From: Sulfolobus virus STSV1
Length of the DNA stretch: 32,000 bases
Reading direction: 5' to 3' (one strand)
Sequence record: NC_006268.1
Shown here: piece by piece, positions 18,506 to 27,200 of the stretch
Layout of the letters: every line of letters starts with the position of its first letter
Numbering within the stretch: position 1 is the first letter of the stretch
Translations under genes and position numbers: made by a program
The notes under the pieces: generated by a model
Database searches by the model: none
Told to the model about the DNA's origin: nothing
What the model saw: only the letters and a program-made list of their open reading frames with translations

Positions 18506-18544
18506 TTGGTAAATTTACTGAAGTCATGATAATTCTGTAGATTT
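18506..18544. promoter_or_regulatory. Palindromic element copy 3
   Basis: ttggtaaatttactgaagTCATGAtaattctgtagattt, closely similar to copy 2 (ttggtaaatttgctgaattaTCATGAcaattcggtagattt). Confidence 0.7.
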
Positions 18545-18553
18545 ATAGAACGA

Positions 18554-18588
18554 CCTAGTTTATGCGGTAAAAAAGTAAAGTTTATTAA
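18554..18588 (+). promoter_or_regulatory. Shared promoter-like module copy 1
   Basis: cctagtttatgcggtaaaaaagtaaagtttattaa is 30/35 identical to the reverse complement of 23810-23844. Confidence 0.6.
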
Positions 18589-18592
18589 GAGA

Positions 18593-18829
18593 CTAACGAT
18601 TTTTCTCATACAATACCAGCACTATGAAAATGCCAAAGAATCCTAAAATGGTAAATACAACGGTCCAAAAAGCATAAGGGCTTATTGAAGAGTAATATGC
18701 CGAAGTAGAACCACCAGTCGCTTTCAAAACTGTTGAGTACATATCTTGTACTGCAATTGCAACATTTAAGATGATAATTGCAATTACTCCGAGTAAAACC
18801 ATAGTCATGATAACATAAATGATATTCAT
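18593..18829 (-). CDS. Small two-TM membrane protein
   Basis: 78 aa MNIIYVIMTMVLLGVIAIIILNVAIA...FWTVVFTILGFFGIFIVLVLYEKNR; overlaps the upstream gene start. Confidence 0.8.
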   Translation of the reverse strand: MNIIYVIMTMVLLGVIAIIILNVAIAVQDMYSTVLKATGGSTSAYYSSISPYAFWTVVFTILGFFGIFIVLVLYEKNR

Positions 18830-19452
18830 ATTTTTTTATCTGTCATCTGCAATTTTATTGCTTTCGCTCCAAATCTATACTTTGCAAGTATGATGGATAT
18901 CATTAAAATGTTCTCTGGAATCCCATCAGGGTACATAAATGGGAAGAACGGTATGTGTTGAATATCATATTTTGGTTTATGTATAGGTTCTTCATCTACT
19001 GGGCAAATAGTACGATATTGTTTGTGTTTAATGAGAAAGTGAGTGATGAGATCGCTTAATTTTCTGACTGAATAGTCACAAACTGGGCAGAAGTAAGCTT
19101 CTGGGTTTGTGTTAAGCAACTCATCAAGGTTCAGGCTTGCCACTGTTCCAGCATGGTTCCTTCTCACCCAAATTACCAAACTTTTGTATGAAAATGCTGG
19201 GATGTAGGCCTCATCAAACAAATATGTTAGAATGGCTTCCATTATAAAACGCTTATATTTTTTGTATTCACCAAAATCTGTTGTAAGCTCCTTTTCTATC
19301 CTTGTGAAATCTGGCGCTGAGTTATTTGAAATGTAGTATTTCAGTTTGTCTTCAAGGTACTTATCTGTCTTGTGATGTGTCTCAATTAGTATGTAATTAT
19401 ACTTTTTGTTGTACCTAACAATTGCTGGGATGTGAAGCTTCTTCAAAAACAT
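18826..19452 (-). CDS. Putative C2H2 zinc-finger protein
   Basis: 208 aa containing FCPVCDYSVRKLSDLITHFLIKH (CxxC-x12-H-x4-H) followed by ICPVDEEPIHKP. Confidence 0.8.
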   Translation of the reverse strand: MFLKKLHIPAIVRYNKKYNYILIETHHKTDKYLEDKLKYYISNNSAPDFTRIEKELTTDFGEYKKYKRFIMEAILTYLFDEAYIPAFSYKSLVIWVRRNHAGTVASLNLDELLNTNPEAYFCPVCDYSVRKLSDLITHFLIKHKQYRTICPVDEEPIHKPKYDIQHIPFFPFMYPDGIPENILMISIILAKYRFGAKAIKLQMTDKKI

Positions 19453-19493
19453 GTATGCTAGTAGCTCGCTTTCCTCTTTGTCAGTTTTAATTG

Positions 19494-20117
19494 TTATTTG
19501 AAATGTGCCTTGATGAATTCCAACACACCTCCTACAACTTTAAGCATCTTGAGCGAATAATCAAAAAAATAGTCTGCGCGTAAAGCCTCCTCAAGGTTTT
19601 TCTCATTCACATCAAATATTGACATTATCTCTTGATAAAGCATCGTGCCCCTAATACGCAGTAATAAAGCCTTAGTCTTCTCGATTATTACTTGGTATGC
19701 TCTCAGTTTTGCCAGGTATTCAGACTTCTCCTTGTAGACTGTTTCCAAGTGTGACAGGATGTTCGAGGCTTCATTAACAACTGCCTCAATGTTATAATCA
19801 CTCGTATCTACAGTATCAATAACTAAATTTGTAATTGCTGGATTATTAGAAAATAAGGCAACACATAATTTTATAACATGAGCACGCTGTACAGCTTTAT
19901 CATTGGTGCTCTCAAGAACTTTCTTAGTTTTTTCAAATAATGGCCTTAAATGTGGGTATGTTGACAAGAATAGTAATAGGCTGTTGTAAACTGATATTGG
20001 GTGAGAAGATATTGTTAAGTTATTACACATGTTTAGTGCGAGAGAGATAGCATCTTTTCGTTTATCAAGATCTTGCGGTGCTGCTTCAGGCAAAAGATAA
20101 TCTAGTTCGTCACTCAT
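19494..20117 (-). CDS. Hypothetical helical protein
   Basis: 207 aa; overlaps the ParB-like gene end by 4 bp. Confidence 0.85.
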   Translation of the reverse strand: MSDELDYLLPEAAPQDLDKRKDAISLALNMCNNLTISSHPISVYNSLLLFLSTYPHLRPLFEKTKKVLESTNDKAVQRAHVIKLCVALFSNNPAITNLVIDTVDTSDYNIEAVVNEASNILSHLETVYKEKSEYLAKLRAYQVIIEKTKALLLRIRGTMLYQEIMSIFDVNEKNLEEALRADYFFDYSLKMLKVVGGVLEFIKAHFK

Positions 20118-21100
20118 CTTTGCCCATCATCGCCATGACTTCTAATATTCTTCAAAACTTTTTTAGGCAATTCAGCTTCAAATACAGGCAGAAGGGCATC
20201 ATAAAGTTGTTTTGGCAATACTACAATAGCGCCGTTTTTTGCCCTTTCTTCAATGCTAGTAATGTAATCATCAAGCTTTGCGATATTAATCAATCTTGTC
20301 CTTTTCTTAAACTTCTTTACCTTTTCGCGCAACTTATTTTCCATTAATTCCTTCACAGTTTTCATATATTCGTCTTTGTCCTTGATTTGTGATAGAAGTA
20401 GCTTATACTTAGAAAAGAAAGATGGGCCATTCTGCAAAAGCAAATCTACGTCTTCTTTTGTCAACTTCTCGCGTACTGGTATAGGTATTGCTTTGGCCAT
20501 CGCTGAAACGTTAGTGGGATAAAGGTTGTGGTATTTCAGATACTCGCTTAGTTTTCTGAAGAGGACTGGATATTTTTTGAAGTGTTTTATTATTAAATCA
20601 AAAGTTCTTACGCTTAAGTCAACATTAGTCTCTTCAAGTAGCTCTATAGTATCATGATATGGGAGATTTACCCTTTCTCTCAATTCTTGTAATTTAGAAT
20701 AATATTCAAGCAATTGGCCCCTATCTATTGCCTTCCTAACGAAATTGACTGCGTAAGCTATTAGTTCTAGCTGATCTTCTGAACCATACACTATTCTGAC
20801 TGGGACCATTACTTTATCCCATTTCCCATCGTAAAGCTCACGTAATGCATAATATCTAACGTAACCATCAATTAATAGGAAACGATCTTTGCTTGTCTTA
20901 TCTTCTGTTACGATGAGGGGTTGAAGAAGTGATTCTTTTTGTATGCTTTCTTTCATCTTTTGGATTTCATCTTCTCTTCTCGGGAAAAGCGTTGCAAACT
21001 TAGGATGCTCGAAAATGTACGATAAGGGAACGTTTGTTGAAACTGTGTTAGAAAGTATGTTAAGCTCCTTGAGTTTATCTAGCAATTCTACTGTAGCCAC
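20114..21100 (-). CDS. ParB-like (Srx/ParB N-domain) protein
   Basis: 328 aa with REDEIQKMKESIQKESLLQPLIVTEDKTSKDRFLLIDGYVRYYALRELYDG..VPVRIV, typical of a ParB N-terminal domain. Confidence 0.8.
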   Translation of the reverse strand: MATVELLDKLKELNILSNTVSTNVPLSYIFEHPKFATLFPRREDEIQKMKESIQKESLLQPLIVTEDKTSKDRFLLIDGYVRYYALRELYDGKWDKVMVPVRIVYGSEDQLELIAYAVNFVRKAIDRGQLLEYYSKLQELRERVNLPYHDTIELLEETNVDLSVRTFDLIIKHFKKYPVLFRKLSEYLKYHNLYPTNVSAMAKAIPIPVREKLTKEDVDLLLQNGPSFFSKYKLLLSQIKDKDEYMKTVKELMENKLREKVKKFKKRTRLINIAKLDDYITSIEERAKNGAIVVLPKQLYDALLPVFEAELPKKVLKNIRSHGDDGQR

Positions 21101-21167
21101 GTGATGTTATTATGCTTTAAATGCTTAAATATTTGCCTCTGAAAAAAATGCAAAATATAAAGAAAAA

Positions 21168-21186
21168 TTGTGAATTGAATTCACAA
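21168..21186. promoter_or_regulatory. 19-bp palindrome in the intergenic gap upstream of the ParB-like gene
   Basis: TTGTGAATT-G-AATTCACAA, perfect arms of 9 bp around one central base, between the stop of the AAA+ gene (21189) and the start of the ParB-like gene (21100). Confidence 0.65.
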
Positions 21187-21188
21187 AA

Positions 21189-22769
21189 TTATGCAATCAG
21201 CTTTGAATTAATTGTATCTATAAAATCTCTAAAACCTTGCTCGTCACTAATTATTGTTGGTGGGGGTTTTAAATCTTTCGCCAACTTCGTGTATTGTATC
21301 ATATCTTGTTTACAGTTTGTTTCAGCTGGGAAGCATATCTTTCCAGCATCAAAGGGTAAATCGAGCGTATTTGCCAAAATCGCTAAGAATGTCCTATAAA
21401 CACTGTAAGGATCATAAGGATTTTCTGCAATAAGGCTTGCAATTGTTGATTGCAGTTTTGCTCTTAGCAAATCGTCGTAAAACGTGGTTGTTGAGATTTG
21501 CGCTATTTTTATCAATTCAACAGCCATATCACCAATTATCAACACAAACTTACTACTCTCTGTTTGCAACAAATGGTCTAGTACTTCAAGGTAGTAATGA
21601 GTGAATTTGGGCAGTGTGATTACACTAAGTGCATCTCTAAATAGCTCTACCGTGTTAAAATAATCCAGCGGAGTAGCGCCAATTGTTGGAGTGAAAAGCG
21701 GCTTGTTACAAACTTCACTGAAATATGCTACTACAAGTGTTTTATATAATGGAACATGCTTTGTTATAAAGGAAATACGTAATGGTGAAGAATCACACCT
21801 TATTCCTAAATTTTCTTGGAAGAAGCGAGTTAATAGCCTTTTTCCTTCATCTGGTATAGGCTTTTGTGTAATTAGCCTTGATACTCCCCTCGTGTTTTCC
21901 ATACTTCCAGTGTATGTTCCAAGTGTAAGGATTTGATCAATCATCCTAAAGGAAAGGCCTCGATTTACTGCTAATCTAGCAAACTCATCAATTCCTAATT
22001 CCATGCCTTTGAATTTCACAGCGCCAGAATGTTTTATAACGAGGTAGGAGAATATCGCTTCGTAGTCTGGGAGTGGGAATGGTACCTGAATATTGAAACG
22101 TGAAATAATTGCTTGATCGAGAGTGTCAAGCTTCACGTTTGTTGTTGCAATTACTGCAATATGCTGTTTAGTCTTTTTCCACAAATTAAGCCTCTCTAAA
22201 ACTTGGTTTGTCAAATTTAAAGAAAGTGCTCCATATCCTTCTTCAGCATTAGTTGGTCTAGTACGTAAAAGCCATTCACCATCATCAAAAACTACAATTG
22301 AAGGTTGTTCACTTTCAGCCTTAATAAAAAGTTCTTCCAATTTCCTTTCCGATTCGCCTACAAATTTGCTCAAAGAGGAATAAGGCCTTATCCATACTGT
22401 TGTGAAACCATAGTACTTTGAAAGAATTTCGGCAATGCTTGTTTTTCCAGTTCCTGGCGCTCCATAAAGTAGAACTGATTGAAAAGGATTCTTAAGAAGA
22501 ATATCGATTACATCTCCTATTTCCTTTGGAAAAATATAATAATTGACACTGTCTGGGCTGGCTACTCTATAAATACGATTAAAACGCAAGTCTCTCTTTT
22601 CAATCTTAACTTCGGGAATTAACTTTATGTTGCCTGGATGAGCAGCAAACCACGTTTGGTTAAAAACACAAGGATCTGGCTCAACAAAACGTACGCCTTC
22701 GGTTTCAGAAGAAATTACTTGGCCGTCTTTAATACTTCTAGTGGTGATAAGCTTTTCGCAAATCTCCAC
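21189..22769 (-). CDS. AAA+ ATPase
   Basis: 526 aa. Walker A LLYGAPGTGKTSIAEIL, Walker B SIVVFDDGEWLL, sensor-1-like HIAVIATTNVKLDTLDQAIISRFN. Confidence 0.92.
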   Translation of the reverse strand: MEICEKLITTRSIKDGQVISSETEGVRFVEPDPCVFNQTWFAAHPGNIKLIPEVKIEKRDLRFNRIYRVASPDSVNYYIFPKEIGDVIDILLKNPFQSVLLYGAPGTGKTSIAEILSKYYGFTTVWIRPYSSLSKFVGESERKLEELFIKAESEQPSIVVFDDGEWLLRTRPTNAEEGYGALSLNLTNQVLERLNLWKKTKQHIAVIATTNVKLDTLDQAIISRFNIQVPFPLPDYEAIFSYLVIKHSGAVKFKGMELGIDEFARLAVNRGLSFRMIDQILTLGTYTGSMENTRGVSRLITQKPIPDEGKRLLTRFFQENLGIRCDSSPLRISFITKHVPLYKTLVVAYFSEVCNKPLFTPTIGATPLDYFNTVELFRDALSVITLPKFTHYYLEVLDHLLQTESSKFVLIIGDMAVELIKIAQISTTTFYDDLLRAKLQSTIASLIAENPYDPYSVYRTFLAILANTLDLPFDAGKICFPAETNCKQDMIQYTKLAKDLKPPPTIISDEQGFRDFIDTINSKLIA

Positions 22770-22779
22770 ATTACCACCT

Positions 22780-23622
22780 CTACAAGTGGAGTGATATGAC
22801 GTGATTATTAGCTAACACTAAAATCATTATGAATGCAATTATACCTAACACTAAAAGCATTAGCAGGAAGTTCCATTTTTGTGAAGATTGCATCAATCTT
22901 AGTTTTTCAATCCTTTGTGCCATTTTCGACCATTCTCTAATATCATTTCCAATAGCGACCAATGCCCTAGTCATCGCTGTTGTTGCATCTACAGGGAAGG
23001 ATAACATTTCATCTGTTAGAACAGTTTTAGGATCAACAGTGAATGCGAAAGCATAATTATTTGCAATTGGAATGTAACCAGTTATTTCCTTATTTGTTGT
23101 AATTATATCAACTATAACATCAAGGATAGTCTTTTTCCCAGTGGCAGCCCTAAGAACATCTAACTTTGCAATAGTGCCAAAATCAAATGCGGAAAACATA
23201 GGTATATCACCAACAGCGAAATAAACTGGCTTATTGTAGTCCTTCACACCAAACCTATAAGGCCTAGCATATGGATTAACGAGAATTAAGTATAACGCAC
23301 CATTTTCTGTGGCATGAAGAATACCTTGTCTAACATATCTCGCCGGCAAAACCTTTAATTCGTCAAGCTTAGAATTGATTAAAACAACAATAGCATCAGC
23401 GTTTTTATGGCTAACTGAAAGGTAAGGTATTTTGTTTCTAGAACGAGAGATAATAGCAACAATAAAAGCAATTGCGAGAATTGCAACAAGAGCTATTAGT
23501 AACACATCCACCAGGCTAGCAAAAAACGACGGTGCTTGAATAGAAATCTGAGGACTTGTTGATACTGATGATGGAGCTACAGTGTGGGATGTAGAAGGTG
23601 GTGGAGTAGGAGAGGCTGTCAT
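22780..23622 (-). CDS. Membrane protein with N- and C-terminal TM segments
   Basis: 280 aa. P/S/T-rich N-terminus, LVDVLLIALVAILAIAFIVAII, soluble central domain, C-terminal NFLLMLLVLGIIAFIMILVLA. Confidence 0.85.
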   Translation of the reverse strand: MTASPTPPPSTSHTVAPSSVSTSPQISIQAPSFFASLVDVLLIALVAILAIAFIVAIISRSRNKIPYLSVSHKNADAIVVLINSKLDELKVLPARYVRQGILHATENGALYLILVNPYARPYRFGVKDYNKPVYFAVGDIPMFSAFDFGTIAKLDVLRAATGKKTILDVIVDIITTNKEITGYIPIANNYAFAFTVDPKTVLTDEMLSFPVDATTAMTRALVAIGNDIREWSKMAQRIEKLRLMQSSQKWNFLLMLLVLGIIAFIMILVLANNHVISLHL

Positions 23623-23656
23623 CTCGTATATATTTTTAAACTACTTATATTTAACC

Positions 23657-23780
23657 TTGTCACCCCACAGTTAGGAGGGGATGTTGAGCCTCAACCTTAC
23701 GGTTCACTGTGACAACTTGCCACTCTACGTAAGGGTCATGGGCCCCCTTCGAGCCCCAAGGCATGAGGCTCACATCTAAG
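23657..23780. ncRNA. GC-rich non-coding block with multiple perfect inverted repeats; candidate structured RNA or structured cis element
   Basis: About 56% G+C over 23661-23780 in an AT-rich genome, with no ORF. Inverted pairs: TGAGCCTCA 23685-23693 / TGAGGCTCA 23764-23772; TTGTCAC 23657-23663 / GTGACAA 23709-23715; CCTTACG 23695-23701 / CGTAAGG 23728-23734; GTTGAG-C-CTCAAC 23683-23695; AACC-TTAC-GGTT 23693-23704. Confidence 0.5.
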
Positions 23781-23809
23781 TGTTATCAATATAGACATAG
23801 TTGTAAAAA

Positions 23810-23844
23810 TTAATAAACTTTACTTTTTCACATCGTAAGCTAGG
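23810..23844 (-). promoter_or_regulatory. Shared promoter-like module copy 2, oriented toward the GC-rich block
   Basis: Reverse complement cctagcttacgatgtgaaaaagtaaagtttattaa; 30/35 identity with 18554-18588. Confidence 0.6.
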
Positions 23845-23860
23845 TATGAGTGAAACCCTT

Positions 23861-23905
23861 CTCCAAAACTGGAGAATTGTAATTACAGTTCTGCAAATTT
23901 GGTAA
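23861..23905. promoter_or_regulatory. Palindromic element copy 4 (divergent)
   Basis: GAATTGTAATTACAGTTC at 23874-23891 (16/18 self-complementary) flanked by ctccaaaactg and ctgcaaatttggta. Confidence 0.55.
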
Positions 23906-23927
23906 AAAAACAGTTAAAATAAATCTT

Positions 23928-24176
23928 CTAGAATTCTGCATAATTCTTTTCCCTAATCTGTCTCATGACCTCATTATACACTATACGGAATAATCGTTTC
24001 ATCTCCTCAGCTGACATCTTTAATATCTCCGCTGCACTCAGCTGATCTGCGATATATGTCTTTATGATATTATGTAACATAGGTTCAATGTCCTTTCTTT
24101 CAATGACTAAGAGCGTATTACAACACACTATCTCACAAAGCACATCGTCACATTCGACCTTAAACATTGTTCTCAT
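23928..24176 (-). CDS. Small hypothetical protein
   Basis: 82 aa MRTMFKVECDDVLCEIVCCNTLLVIERK.... Minus promoter GAGTCTTTTTATA at 24199-24211. Confidence 0.7.
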   Translation of the reverse strand: MRTMFKVECDDVLCEIVCCNTLLVIERKDIEPMLHNIIKTYIADQLSAAEILKMSAEEMKRLFRIVYNEVMRQIREKNYAEF

Positions 24177-24198
24177 GTGGTAAGAAAAGAAAAGAAAA

Positions 24199-24211
24199 TA
24201 TAAAAAGACTC
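24199..24211 (-). promoter_or_regulatory. Putative promoter GAGTCTTTTTATA
   Basis: Reverse complement of tataaaaagactc, about 25 bp upstream of the 82-aa gene. Confidence 0.55.
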
Positions 24212-24255
24212 GCTAAGTATAAGTCTTTAAAACTCCAACATCCTATTTATAAAAT

Positions 24256-27200
24256 ATGAAGAGTGGTAAGTTAATAATCCGTCTTCTCCTCCTTAATTTA
24301 CTCCTAACTAGCATCATATTAGTTGCGACAGGAATAAAAGCAGATTCAGGCGTCTCAGCACAGCCAATTGGGCAAGCAACAGTGTATACAGCACCTTACA
24401 CATCAACAAGCTTTGTACTTAACACCACAGTAAATCCAATAAACCCAATAGCAAGTAACATAAGACTATTCAAATACCCAAACCTAACTGGGCCAATACA
24501 AGCTTTCGTATCACAAGGCTGGTCACCTATATCATCTGGATCATACCCATCGTCAAGAGTGATAAAAGTAGTACCGGGAAGCGGAGTTAGTGGTGTGTAC
24601 CCAGATTACTTGTTTAATGGATCGATGTTCAGAGTAGGAAGTGTAGTAGAATCAACTGATTGGGGTACATCACCTAAACCTTATTATCAAGGGAATTTAT
24701 TAGTGATAAATACAACTGCCGTTTCAGCATGGGGACAGTATATAGCGTGGTATTTTGTACCACCTACAACAACACTAAACGTTACGATACATGTAGTATC
24801 ATATCCAAGCCGTAATGGTAATCCAGGAATTGTAATTTATAGTCCAAATGTAGGGAATCAAACATATGATGGTGCTAGTGGATTTTATGTGCTTCTTGTT
24901 GACTTTTATAATTCTGGAATATTCTATCATGGACCATCTACTGGTTACACTGAATTATATGGTTCATTACCGCAGCCAAACCCAAATTATCCTTTTACCT
25001 TCACCGTAATCTTCACGGAGAATAGTGCTGGAAACGTGACAGTTGCTGAAGTGGGAATAAACGGAACATACACGACTATAAACGTTAATACACCATTCCC
25101 TTGGTCTCAAATAGGATATATAGGAATACGAGGAGATATTAATGATTTATTATACACCTCTTACTTCGCAGCATCAAGTGGTTCAGTATTTGCGCAATTC
25201 GTCCCAACACCTTCCATAGGTGAAGCAGTTAAATCATTGTCTTTAGTAGAATCAGTTACTTGGTTTACATCGCCTAAACCATATTATCAAGGGAATTTGC
25301 TAGTGATAAATTCGACTACTGCAGGATCTGGACAATATATAGCGTGGTCTTTTATACCTTCAACTACAACGCTAAACGTTACGATACATGTGACTTCATT
25401 CCCAGATCATAATAATAACCCAGGCATTGTAATCTATAGCCCAAATATAGGAAATACATCAGATGTTTATACTGGTTTTTATGCACTTGATGTTGATTTT
25501 TATGGAAATACAATATGGTATCATGGACCATCTACTACATTTACGACATTATACACTTCACTGCCACAGCCCAATCCAAATTATCCATTTACGTTCACGG
25601 TAATCTTTACGGAGAATAGTGCGGGAAATGTTACAGTATCGGAAATAGGCATAAACGGAACGTACACAACGATAAACGTAAATACACCATTTCCATGGAC
25701 AGAAATTGGTTATGTAGGAATAAGAGGAGATACTGGTAATTTATTCTACGTTTCCTATTTCGCAGCATCTAGCAGCCCAGAATTTGCGCAATTTGTTCCA
25801 CCGCGAGAACTACAATATCCGCCTTTCGTAGAGTCAGGATATTGGGGTTTATCCTCTAAAGTATATTACCAAGGAAATTTGTTAGTATTGAATTCAACTA
25901 ATTATAACCAGTATATAGCATGGGCTTTTACACCTCCTACTACAACGCTAAACGTTACGATACATGTAGTATCATATCCAGTCCGTGGTGTTCAGATCAC
26001 AGGTATTGCGCTTTTTAGCCCAAATCTAGGATATAGACTACAAGATGATATCCTGGGACCTAGTGGATTTTACATGCTTCTTGTTAGTTTTTATAGTGGT
26101 CTCATAGTTGGTCATGGACTATCTCCTAGCTCAGTCTGGCAAACTTTCTCTACTTCAATACCGCAACCTAATCTAAACTATCCGTTTACTTTCTCTGTGA
26201 TCTTTACGGAGAATAGTGCGGGTAATGTTACAGTATCAGAAATAGGGATAAATGGCACGTACACGACAGTCAATGTTGCTACAACATTTCCTTGGTCACA
26301 GATTGGTTATGTAGCAATAAGAGGAAATTATATGGATTTATTCTATGTTTCCTACTTCGCAGCATCAAGCGATCAACCAGGCACTTATCCAGTTGTCTTT
26401 GTCCCATCATATACGGTTAACGCTAATCCTTTCCCAATCTTCCGTTTCCCATCTACTATCACTCAAGCTTACCTAGTGTATAATAATAACAGCGTGTTCT
26501 TGTCAGCAGTAGATGCTGGTGGCCAATTCTTCTTGAATATCCCATTAAAAATGCAATGGGAGCCATTCACCTACTTTGGCCTAAGCGCATATCAGCTTCT
26601 AACTGTTGTTAATGCGCCAACTACTGGTTACCTTGCCGCTTTCCCATATCCTTTGACATATAATTACTTCACTTCGCCTGGGCCTTTCACTTCTGTCCCA
26701 TCAACTGTAATAACTCCAACGTTTAGTAAAACAGTGTACCCATTAACTAACGTTTCAATACAACAGCTGACATTATTCACCTCTGCTGGTAGTGTTACGA
26801 CTTCAACGCAAGCTTACGTTTTGCCCAACATAGGAGCGTGGACTTATGCTTCAGTACCATACCCAACTTCAGTGAGTGTAATAGTGAATAATACTGTGCA
26901 AAAGCTTAGTGTGAGTGGGGCGTCTGTAACTGTCACAGCATCATATTCAACAACAGTGATAGCCCCAGACAATCTAATACCCCCACCAAATGCACAAGTA
27001 AGTGTATACAATGGTACTTTTAACAAAATAGTTATATCTTCAACGTCAACCTTCACATTCAGTACGCAGATAGTACAATCTGGATTGCCAACGTTTGGGC
27101 TGGTCTTGCCAGTGTGGTATTATGTTTCACTAGGAACTGGAACGATAGGTGTGTCATTAGTACAAGTGCCTATGATATTGGGTAATAAACTATTTGCATT

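Noticed and set aside
18493-18513. Mini ORF ATGAGTGAAAACCTTTGGTAA (6 codons) and the similar 19-codon ORF at 23846 (MSETLLQNWRIVITVLQIW)
   Set aside because: Both overlap the palindromic element. The shared ATGAGTGAAA start is intriguing, since several viral genes begin MSE, but the lengths disagree and there is no support for translation. They may be remnants of gene starts.
18800-18815. Extra palindrome-like AGTCATGATAACAT
   Set aside because: Lies inside the coding start of the 78-aa gene and lacks the GAATT/AATTC arms; considered a chance match.
21121-23056. Plus-strand ORFs of 92, 81, 87 and 75 aa opposite the AAA+ and TM genes
   Set aside because: Antisense shadows of genes with strong motif support (Walker A/B) or clear TM architecture.
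23735-23765. Possible tRNA T-arm (GGGCCCCCTTCGAGCCCC)
   Set aside because: TTCGAGC resembles a T-loop, but the flanking bases do not form a 5-bp T stem, and no acceptor, D or anticodon arms could be assembled on either strand.
26844-27056. 70-aa antisense ORF inside the 1549-aa gene
   Set aside because: Opposite a well-supported gene, with no promoter or domain support.
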